Below are positions 52,366 through 61,665 of a stretch of 64,000 bases of DNA, one piece after another (the first letter of the stretch is position 1; each line of letters opens with the position of its first letter). This DNA is from Raillietiella orientalis (taxonomy: Eukaryota): NCBI GenBank assembly GCA_036172245.1, contig JAYWIR010000010.1, positions 62,001 through 126,000 of the forward strand, written 5' to 3'. The notes under the pieces are model-generated. The model made no database searches. It saw nothing but the letters and a program-made list of their open reading frames with translations, and was not told where the DNA came from. Position numbers and translations under genes: made by a program.

Positions 52366-54111
52366 ATGCCTGAGGACGCCGCTAAGGCGGTGGAGGGGGG
52401 CGAGCGAGCCTCGTCCCCCCAACCCATGGATGTGGGGGCCAGCTCCCCCACGGATTCGTCCCCCGCCCCGGCGAGGGCTTGGAGTGCGGTGGTGGCGGCG
52501 CCCGCGCCGCTTCCCACAGAGGAACAGCGGGCCTACGAGGCCCACGGATACAACCCGTCCCTACTCTATAAGGTAGGTGGGTTGTACTCGCCGGTAATGC
52601 TCCGCACGTTCGCCGCGGAATTTAAAAAGTTGAGAGTGCCCGAAGAAGAAGTTCTCGGCCTCTCCGTGCGCAGTGGCGGTCAGCTCGTCGAGCTGAACTG
52701 CAGAACTGCAGGAATGGCACAGCAATTGCTGAGATGCCCGGTGACTGTGAACGGGAGAAGGATTTTCCTGTTCACAGCCGACAAATCCATCGTCGTCCAC
52801 CTCACGGGCATAACGATGAGGATGGCAAAGAACGCCGTACGAGCAGAACTCGAGAAATACGGCACCGTCCACGCTCTGTGGGCTACGCCCAACACCCTGG
52901 GTTATACCAGGGCGTTCAGTGGCTATGCCGCCGCGCGTGTGACGGTCCGAGAGGGAAGTGGTTTACCCCACCGACTGCAGGTGGATGATGAATACATCGA
53001 CCTGTGGTACATAGGGAAACCAAAATTTTGTGGAAATTGCGAGGCCATCGGGCACCTCAAACGGAGGTGCCCTAACATCGTGTGCCTCCGATGTGGTACC
53101 AAGGGACACGTACGAAAGGTGTGCCCTTCTCGTTTTGCGTCCACTCCTGCTGGCAACAAGAAAACCGAGTCGCCACAGGTGCAGGACAAACAGCATCCCC
53201 CATCGGGTGAAAGCTCGCAAGCAGGCGAGAAACCGACGCCGGAGGAAGAAAAGGCGGAGAATGGCGAAGCTGTCGCCGAAAACAGCTGGAAGTTGGTGAA
53301 GAAAAAGGAGAGCAAGGGGAAAGGTACAGCCCCCAAGAAAACGGTAAAAACGGTGGCGAAAAGCGTCCGTCGTTCCACCGTAAACATCGATCGCTTTACC
53401 GCGAAGGCTTCCTCCAGCAAGCCGTCGATCGATACCGCAGCTGCAACATCGATCGATAGAGCGGTTCCGGCCCCGTCCACCGAAATCGCTACGGTAGCGA
53501 TCGATATCGCGGCACCTGTTGCCAAGATCGATACTATTGTTCCAGTTCCGTCCGCTGGAAGTGTTGTAGTGGCGAGTGAAAGCTCAGCCGCTGCTGTTCC
53601 GATCGATAGCCCGCCGGTTGCGGCTATCGATTCGGCAGTGACGTCACCGGACTCGCCAACAGGCGGCGAAGTCTGCGATGACGCGGAACGCATCTCCAAT
53701 GCAACGTTCGCGCAAGCCGCGGAAGAGTTGGCTGCCTTGTTAAGGCAGCCCGTCAAGGCCGAGAAGAAAGCCGTTCGACGCCCGGCTACGGCGAAGGACC
53801 CAGAAAACAGCGAGTCCGACGCCGAAACCAAGAACTCGTCGACCGTAGGGTTGCCGAAAAGAAAAAATAAAAGTTCAACGGGAGCTCGTAGGCGTGCTGT
53901 CCCCACTCAGGTAGAGGTGGAAATGGCATCCGACAGCGAGGAGGAGTCAATGTGCGTTCCAGCGTGCGACTCTGCGCCTGAGAGCATCCTATTCCAACTG
54001 TTGACACAGTCCTCGGCCGACGGAGCACACCAAACTCCTTCCGAATCCGTCGGCGTGGACGCGGAACACCCGTTTCCTGAAAGGGAGACGGTTTCCTCCA
54101 CACCACCATAA
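52366..54111 (+). CDS. Element F' ORF1 (uninterrupted)
   Basis: CGNCEAIGHLKRRC and CLRCGTKGHVRKVC. Confidence 0.9.
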   Translation: MPEDAAKAVEGGERASSPQPMDVGASSPTDSSPAPARAWSAVVAAPAPLPTEEQRAYEAHGYNPSLLYKVGGLYSPVMLRTFAAEFKKLRVPEEEVLGLSVRSGGQLVELNCRTAGMAQQLLRCPVTVNGRRIFLFTADKSIVVHLTGITMRMAKNAVRAELEKYGTVHALWATPNTLGYTRAFSGYAAARVTVREGSGLPHRLQVDDEYIDLWYIGKPKFCGNCEAIGHLKRRCPNIVCLRCGTKGHVRKVCPSRFASTPAGNKKTESPQVQDKQHPPSGESSQAGEKPTPEEEKAENGEAVAENSWKLVKKKESKGKGTAPKKTVKTVAKSVRRSTVNIDRFTAKASSSKPSIDTAAATSIDRAVPAPSTEIATVAIDIAAPVAKIDTIVPVPSAGSVVVASESSAAAVPIDSPPVAAIDSAVTSPDSPTGGEVCDDAERISNATFAQAAEELAALLRQPVKAEKKAVRRPATAKDPENSESDAETKNSSTVGLPKRKNKSSTGARRRAVPTQVEVEMASDSEEESMCVPACDSAPESILFQLLTQSSADGAHQTPSESVGVDAEHPFPERETVSSTPP

Positions 54112-55825
54112 ATAAACCTATGGGTGGGCTCGCCTGCTGCCGTCGCTTGCGAATTACTTGTTGGAACGTCAACGGGTTGAGCAACGACGGCGAGAGGCGA
54201 GACGTAGCCGCCATACTGCGAGACTTCGACCTGGCTCTACTGCAAGAGACCCACGTGCTCACAGCAGAGGCAGGCCAGGATTTCGAGAGGATCGCAGGGG
54301 GCAGGCTACTGTGGAGGAACGGAACAGATCACTCCTGCGGAGTGGCCTTTTTGCTGAAGCCGTCCGTCGAAAACTCACTGCGTAGTGCACGGTTCGACGG
54401 GGACGGTCGAGTTGGGCAGCTTGTTCTCAAGTGGTCCGACTCGATCGACCTCGTGGTCATGAACCTGTACGCTCCGGTGGGCAGCCACAGGGCCGAGGAA
54501 CGCACTGCGTTCTTCGAATCCCTGCGGCGAGACTGGTTGGCCGAAGCAGGCGTGCGAAGGGCGCACCTCATTGCGGGCGATTTCAATCTCCGCCTGCTGG
54601 CAGGTGCGCCCAACCGACGAGCACAGCTGGTCAACGAGTTGTGCGCAGCAATGAATGCGCGCAACTTGTTGGCCGGTGATGCCGGGAGAGATCGGAACAT
54701 CGACCACATGTTCCTCGACAACCACCTGTGCACGCGGGTGGGAACTCGAGGAACGCTCCCGGCAGAGCTGTCCGACCATCCACGGCTCGTGCTCGAGTTA
54801 CATCCGCGCAATAAGGGCCCTCCCCTGAAAACATGGCGCCTGCCAGGGGATTGGTTGCGCCTCGAAGGAGCGGCGGAACATCTACGCTCCTTCCTGCGAG
54901 GATTCCAGCTTCAGACGCTCGCGGACTGGGACGAAATGAAGTGCTCAGTCCGCGAGTTTTGCGACCAGTTTCCCCTGGAACGTCTTCCGCCGGGCTTCGG
55001 CGATGGGGTCAGGAACGAGCGGGCCTACCTTCAGGCCCGCCGGTATTCCAGGCGTCCCGACGTCCGTCGCTTGGCGGAATTCGAAGCTGAGGCGGAGAGG
55101 CAGGCCTGGCAGTCAGGCTCGGCCTGCTTGCTGGACCATCAGGGCCAAGAACACTCCAGCCCAGCTCAGGTAAGCCGCATCGTGCGGGAGTTTTATTCCT
55201 CCTTCTACGCGCCGTTAACACCGGAGCGCCATTTAGCGCAGCGCCTGCTGCCGGATGGCCTCCCCGCGCTCAAGGAGGAGGATCGTTTCAGGTTGGCAGA
55301 ACCGTTCACGATGGTGGAGGTCGTCTCCGCCATCAGCAGGCTGAAGAATAGGAAGGCACCAGGGGAGGACGGCCTGCCCGCGGAGTTTTACCATCGCTTC
55401 GCGCCAGAGCTGGCCCCCCTGGTGCTCAGGTTAAGTACGCTGATCCGCGAACACGGCGAAGTTCCCGCCTCGTTCCGGTCAGCAAAAGTATGTCTCCTGC
55501 CGAAGTCAGGAGACTTACGCAACATTGGCAACTGGCGTCCCATCACAGTGGTGAATGCGGACGCAAAGTGCATGCCAAGTTGTGGGCTGAGCGTTTGGGG
55601 CGGGTGGCCGCTTCCGTGATCAGTCGGGAGCAGACCTACGCTGTTCCCGGACGAAGCATGGAGTCAAACCTGCTCCTCGCCAGCACATGGTGGCAGTTGC
55701 GACAACGCGTTGCCCAGGAAGGTCAAGGGAGTCTTGCGCTCCCCTCTGACCAGGAACATCGGATAGAGGGTGGGAGGGACTCGGCGGAACCTTTGCAGTC
55801 GCGGTCGACTTGCACAAAGCATTCA

Positions 55826-56479
55826 AATCCAATGGCAAACCTACAACTCAGAAATTGGCAAATGGACATACTTAAGATCATCAGAACCACACCAGACGAA
55901 AGGAAAATATACTGGTTCTATGACCCAGTAGGAGGAATCGGCAAAACCACTTTCGCCAAATTCCTGTACCTTAAAAAATCAGCAATCTACATGCGCAGCT
56001 GCAAGAAAGCTGATGCAGCACACATTTATCATGGCGAAAGGATCATAGTTGTAGACCTGACAAGAGACAACCAAGAAATAATTCAATATGGATTCATAGA
56101 GACATTGAAAAACGGAATCATCTTCGATTCCAAGTATCAAGGTTCCATCAAATACTTCGAGCCTCCACACATACTAGTCTTCAGTAACTGGGAACCTGAC
56201 TACTCCAAGATGTCCAGTGATAGATGGATTGTCAAGAACATAAGCAAATCCGAACCAACCAAATTGTGTCCATGGATGATTGATGACACAGGACTCGTGC
56301 TCCCTTGGGCCTGCCCTTCAGGCCCTAGTACAGGGCAGTCCCGAGACTCACCCGACTCCTCATGCTCCACTTTGTCACCCCCTCGCCAGAACTTGATAAA
56401 TAAAAATACATCCCATTGCAAGTTTTGCATTTTTCAAGTATACAGGGGAGGGTCTCTTAGATGTTTGAATTCCACATAA
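55826..56479 (+). CDS. rep: Rep C-terminal SF3 helicase half
   Basis: Walker A DPVGGIGKT, Walker B IVVDLTR, motif C VFSN, Arg finger SSDRW; motif style resembles nanovirus/alphasatellite-like Reps. Confidence 0.93.
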   Translation, partial: NPMANLQLRNWQMDILKIIRTTPDERKIYWFYDPVGGIGKTTFAKFLYLKKSAIYMRSCKKADAAHIYHGERIIVVDLTRDNQEIIQYGFIETLKNGIIFDSKYQGSIKYFEPPHILVFSNWEPDYSKMSSDRWIVKNISKSEPTKLCPWMIDDTGLVLPWACPSGPSTGQSRDSPDSSCSTLSPPRQNLINKNTSHCKFCIFQVYRGGSLRCLNST

Positions 56480-57459
56480 AACGTTCGAGTCAGTCTATAA
56501 ATAGGCCAACCCTGAGTTAGCCTTCCGTTTTTAGGACATACACCAGACTGACATCCTTCCCTTATCGAATCTGGAATATCCACACCTGACATATGCTTCA
56601 TTACATGCATACGATTCATAAACATTTCCACCAGCAACTCTTGATCCAAACGAGAACCAAAACCACAATCAACCCAAGGACAACGCACATAGCGCTCCAA
56701 ATTCCCTCCATAACAATGCATATCCTTCCTTATATACGCCCTGGAATACAGCCGTATTCCACGAACACCAAAATAACGAACTAAACATCCGCTCGTCTCC
56801 TTATGACCACTTATCACATCTTCCACCTTGTGATAAGGCATTCCTGCAAGCGATCCAAAAAATTCACCCTGATTGTGCGACTGATACAATAAAAGATTCC
56901 GATAAGACACTTTCATTCCAAACTCTTCCGCCATATTTCCTATCGTTAAACCCAAAGACAGCGGTTCGATCTTCATAGACATTCCACGCAACCGCACATA
57001 TCGGTAATAACGACCAAACTCTTGCAAATTCAACTCAGTCAGTATACTTTGCAGATTTCCAGCACTCTCACAATACGTAAACATCCAAGAGCAATTTACA
57101 TAATCCCCGTCAGCGGACCTCAAAGACGCATAATGCTGCGCATTTAACATTATATCACGCGATACCACGCGCCTCGCACGAGACAAACGACCACGCGGAC
57201 TCCGATACAATCGCAAACGCCGACGACGATTATACGGACGTCTACGCTTCTTGAAAGTCGAATAGCCAGTGCGAGCTACACGCCTACGCTTCCCAGTTAC
57301 ACTCGACGACTTCACGCGAAATCGCTTACGACCGCGACTGAGCAGCACGTGCAGCCATCTCACCGGTCGACCTTCAACTGACGTCACCCATCCCCTTCCC
57401 CCGTATACTCCTACTCTGGCGGGTGCGCGCGCACCCGTCCGACTTACTAAGCCTTCCAC
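56434..57459 (-). CDS. cap: Putative capsid protein (start codon uncertain)
   Basis: Open frame of 341 codons; Arg-rich N-terminus (KKRRRPYNRRRRLR); C-terminal FYVEFK; opposite strand to rep. Confidence 0.85.
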   Translation of the reverse strand: MEGLVSRTGARAPARVGVYGGRGWVTSVEGRPVRWLHVLLSRGRKRFRVKSSSVTGKRRRVARTGYSTFKKRRRPYNRRRRLRLYRSPRGRLSRARRVVSRDIMLNAQHYASLRSADGDYVNCSWMFTYCESAGNLQSILTELNLQEFGRYYRYVRLRGMSMKIEPLSLGLTIGNMAEEFGMKVSYRNLLLYQSHNQGEFFGSLAGMPYHKVEDVISGHKETSGCLVRYFGVRGIRLYSRAYIRKDMHCYGGNLERYVRCPWVDCGFGSRLDQELLVEMFMNRMHVMKHMSGVDIPDSIREGCQSGVCPKNGRLTQGWPIYRLTRTFYVEFKHLRDPPLYT

Positions 57460-57600
57460 GAGGTCGGATCATGCCACGACCTGCACACGTGGACAAGTAC
57501 ATCTTGTTCCGCATTCCTAAGTCTTCCACGACTGCGGACGAAGACCAGACACCCTCATAAAAAACTTGCAACATCGACACAATTTCCAAGGTTGTGCCCT

Positions 57601-57632
57601 ATGCAATCTGGGTAATACTAACCAGATTGCAT
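57601..57632 (-). promoter_or_regulatory. Rolling-circle origin stem-loop
   Basis: 11-bp stem ATGCAATCTGG/CCAGATTGCAT; loop reads TAGTATTAC on the minus strand (57612-57620). Confidence 0.95.
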
Positions 57633-57716
57633 CTATTGCGCAGTTGGTGAGTATTTATACCGCCACACATTGAGGCACAAACCAGTCTCACCTCGACAGA
57701 ATTACCTGCAGTAACC

Positions 57717-58270
57717 ATGCCTTACGGACACTTTCTCTACTGGTGTTTTACATTGTGCAACTACCTCGAAGAACTGCAACAGATCAAGGATTGGTGCAGA
57801 CGACAATGCACATACGCCGTCATCGGAAAGGAAACAGCCACAACGGGTACACCACACCTCCAAGGCTATTTCCAATTACGCGATCCACGCACCTTGCCAA
57901 GCCTTAAACGACCTCCGTTCGAGAAAGCCCATCTCGAACGAGCAAAAGGATCTCCGCAGAGCAACTTACGGTACTGCACGAAAGAGGACCACCAAGCATG
58001 GACATACGGTCTAATTCAAGACCACAAAGAAACCACAGACTACCAGGACATGGTAATTATTTTATTCACAATAAAAAAAACTAATAATTTACTATATTCC
58101 AGATACTCCAACTCATAAAAAACGGAGCCACTGAGCTCGACATACTCGAACAACACACAAAATTTTATTCAAAAAATATCAACTTTGTCAAGGAGTGCTT
58201 CCGTTTAACAAGGAGCAGAACACATCCTAATCCCATGTACGATTTACAACTCCAGAACTGGCAAATGGAC
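57717..58270 (+). CDS. rep: Rep N-terminal HUH endonuclease half with a 50-nt intron (58053-58102)
   Basis: Motifs CFTLCN, PHLQG, YCTK; removing GTAATT..CTAAT..TTCCAG restores the frame to ILQLIKNG..NWQMD. Confidence 0.9.
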
Positions 58271-60380
58271 TGGCGTCGATGTCAGACTGCGTCGACCAGG
58301 AACTCCTTTTGGAGCTCCTGGAACGCATGGGTTTCCCGGCAGTGCTCCAGTCCTACCTGCGCTCCTGCTGGCGCAACGCGTCAATAAATATTGGTTTCAG
58401 CGGCCGGCACGTGTACGGCGTGCCAGTGCGCCGCGGTATCCGGCAGGGTGACAGCCTGAGCCCCTTGCTCTTCAGCATCTACTTCGAGTTGGTGCTGAGG
58501 GCATACAGGGTAACTCTGGCAACCCTGCCGAGCTCGTGTGCCGGAACGCCTGCCGTGTCGGCCTATGCAGACGATCTTCTGCTGCTGCTTCCCGGATCCA
58601 CCCCGGCGAGTGCGCTCGAGGACTTCTTCGAGTTGCTGCGCCGCGGGACGGGCCTGGAGGTGAACAGGGCGAAGTCGTCCATGGTCTCTGTCGGTTCGGC
58701 GTGGGCTGGACGGTCGGACTGGATCCGCTTGGGGATCCCCACGGGCAGGTGCTTCAAGTACCTCGGCGTACCGTTGGGGGACTTCTGCGCAGCAGAAGCC
58801 TGGTCCGACCGTCTCCAAAAGGCAGCGTTGGCGATCGGTCCGTTCCAAGAAGGCAAGTTCTACTTGCAGGAACGGGCCGCGGTGTGGAACGCGTTTGCGG
58901 TTCCCCTCCTTCGCCCCCTACTTTTTGTTTGCCCCGCCCCTTATTTTATCCGAAAACGAGCAGCGGGCCTCCTGAGGACAGTCCTTTGGGGCAAAGGGAG
59001 GTCCCGTGTGAGGCTCAAAGACTTGTGCGCTCCACGTAAGGACGGTGGACTTGGCGTTCTTACGCTGGAGCGCATGGAACTACAACTTGGATTCAGAACT
59101 CTTGCCCTTGTGGCGGAATTGTGGGACACGCCTTGGTGCGTTCCAGCACGCCTCCTGGCCCAACGAGCCTGCGGAATCGGCGGACTTTTGTCGTTTCTGT
59201 CTGCGCGCGTCTGCAGAAGACCATACTGTGGCTCTATGCTGCGACGCATCTTCGTTGCGGTCCGGGAGAACGCCTGGATCTCCTCCCTACCAGGGAACTA
59301 CTCTGCCTGGTTGCACGACTCAGTGTCCACCTGGGAAAAGATCCACGTTCCGGCGGGCACAAGGAACACTTGCCTGAAAAGGCACGCACGCTGGACGCTG
59401 CAGGAGATCGTGCAGTCCCACGACAAGCTTCCGTGGGCCTTGATAACCCCCTTCGCCCCAGTGCTGCCCTTCCTTGTGAATGCCAGGGACAGTAGCGAGC
59501 AGGGGAAATGGACCGTGTCCTGCACCATAGGCGGCAGGACACAATCGATAAAGGCGTGGACATCTCGGCAGCTAGCTGACGCTGCGACGCCGAGTGTCCC
59601 GCCCAACGGAATTCGACGCTGGGGAGAGCTACTCGGACTATCCCCGGAGGAGATGAAGTGGCCCCCAGCGTCCTGAAACAGTGCATCCCTCCCCCTGAAA
59701 TGGCAGGATGTGGCGTTGCTTGTGGTACTCTGGGGATTATCATTCAAAGCACGCCTGCATCACACCACCCGGAGGGCTGTGGATCCTAATTGTGACCGGT
59801 GTGGGGAAAAAGAAACATTCCCCCACCTTCTCCTTGAGTGTAGCGCCCTCCGCCCTTTGTGGGATCGTCTCGCGGCGATCCTGGACTTGCGCGGATGCGG
59901 CCCAAAGGACGTTTTCAGCCGCCTCTTCTGTAGTGACGCCTTGTCCCCGCCCGCTAGTGTAGCAGTCCTCTGCTGCATCAGAGGAATAGTGGCGGCTTGG
60001 AACGCCACCAGAAGAAGGCGTCAGCCAACCGGCAACGCCTTACACTGGATTCGCCTTTTCGCGCGCAGTGTCTGCAAGTGGCGTTACTTAGGCGCTGAAA
60101 GGACTCAGCTTGTCCGGGTCCTGAATAGGATCTAGAGGACCTGCCCACGCGCACCGTGATCCCTTCCCTGTCCTCCCACCCCTAAAACATTCGTTCCCCC
60201 CACAACTTTTTGTTTCTTTTTGTTTGTTATTTCCCATCCCCGCGCATCGGAAGGACCTCTCCGGCATGCAGCCGGTAACCAGCAAGCTGTTTTGGAGTGG
60301 TGAACCGTGGGGTTTGCCACGCGACATTTCCTGTATTTTTATTTCACTGAAATGAATGCCCCGGCACATCCGGGTGTGAA

Positions 60381-61665
60381 TCGCCACGGCGCGCTTCACC
60401 ATGGACGACCGGAGGCTCATGCCTTCGCAGATCCTCCTCGGTGACGTCGTCGTCTATCTGCGGTTTGCCGGACAAACCCCAGCTTGCCGCAACTGCGGGA
60501 AGGAGGGCCACCGTCCGCGGAAGTGCCCAACACGCAGTTGCCGATACTGTAAGCTGCTCGGCCACTCGATTAACGAGTGCGCCTAGGTAAAACGAAAGAG
60601 GGCGAGAAACCCGCGAAAGGCAAGCCGGCCACGGCGAGCCGAACGGCGGCAAAGGCTGAAAAGCCTCGCGCGATCTCAAAGGATCCCGCCACTCTGCTTG
60701 CACCTTCCGGTAAAAAGGTGCAAAAGGCAGCAGTGGCGACGGACGCACTGGCCGCCATCGCCGCATCGGAGGCCTTGGAAAGGATGCGGAGGACCCTGGA
60801 AGCCCTCGCGCCCAACCGAGGCAAACCGGAAGGCGGCGAGGATGGATTCGTCGGGGGAAGGAAGAAGGAGCGCAAACCGCGCGATCCTTCCCACTTCCCC
60901 ATTATAAAGGTAGGCGGGGTCAAGAGGCAGCCTCGCGCGCCAAAGAAGGCGCAAGAAAAAGCCTCCGCTGCCGTCGCGCGCGCCGTCGCAAACACCCGCG
61001 GCGAGAGGGCAGCTGCCGACGCCGCGACTCCGAAAGGGGGAACGGCGACGAAGGCACCCTCCGAGAATGCTGGACCAGCTCCGAATTGCCAGCAGAAGAA
61101 GAGGCAGGCGAAACGCCCGCCGCACGCGCGGAATTCGGACTTCGAGGTGGAGTCCGAAGGCAGCGCTCGCCAAGCCCCGGTCAAGGCCAGGGCTGCGCGC
61201 AAGCGGAAACTTGCCAGGCAAGAGCCTGATGCCGGGAACGGTTCCCGATGCTCCTCGGAGCCCGAGGCAATGGTCCTCGACTCCACCGAACCAGCCGCGA
61301 GCGGCGCGGAGGAGACAGGAAGCGCTTGCGTTCCCCCATCCGCCGTGCTCCCGGCTGATGCCTCGCCGGACGGGGCGAGGAACGCGCCTCCATGTCCGTA
61401 GCAGCAATGCGCGGTCTCGCTTCTTGTCGTGGCGTCCGAGTGGCCTGTTGGAACGTCAACGGGCTGCAGTACAATGAGAAGAGGCGATTGGTTGCCAACG
61501 TCTTGCGCGACTTCGATCTGGCCCTGCTGCAGGACATTCACGCACTCTCCGAACAGCAAGCGGCCGATCTGGCAGTTCGTGCAGGCGGGACGCTCCATTG
61601 GAGGTCAGACTCCTAGAATACCAGCGGAGTAGAATTCCTAGTCCGGGACAGGTTGGCGGGGGAAT
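60381..61665 (+). mobile_element. Family E-like element: 3' part of ORF1 and APE start (target of family F)
   Basis: CRNCGKEGHRPRKC, CRYCKLLGHSINEC, WNVNG. Confidence 0.88.

Larger units (their letters stand above)
55825..58270. mobile_element. Endogenous CRESS-DNA virus (Cressdnaviricota), about 2.4 kb, linearised within rep
   Basis: Rep and Cap in ambisense arrangement with an origin stem-loop; abrupt composition change at both junctions. Confidence 0.95.
52278..60380 (+). mobile_element. Tx1 element F', full length, RT split by the CRESS virus
   Basis: 5' motif at 52282; ORF1 52366-54111; ORF2 54120-55824 plus 58285-60135; 3' motif at 60350-60380. Confidence 0.9.

Noticed and set aside
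55490..56479. 329-aa ORF as a LINE-Rep fusion protein
   Set aside because: The N-terminal part comes from a frameshifted, decayed RT segment that happens to run into the Rep helicase half; there is no evidence of a selected fusion.
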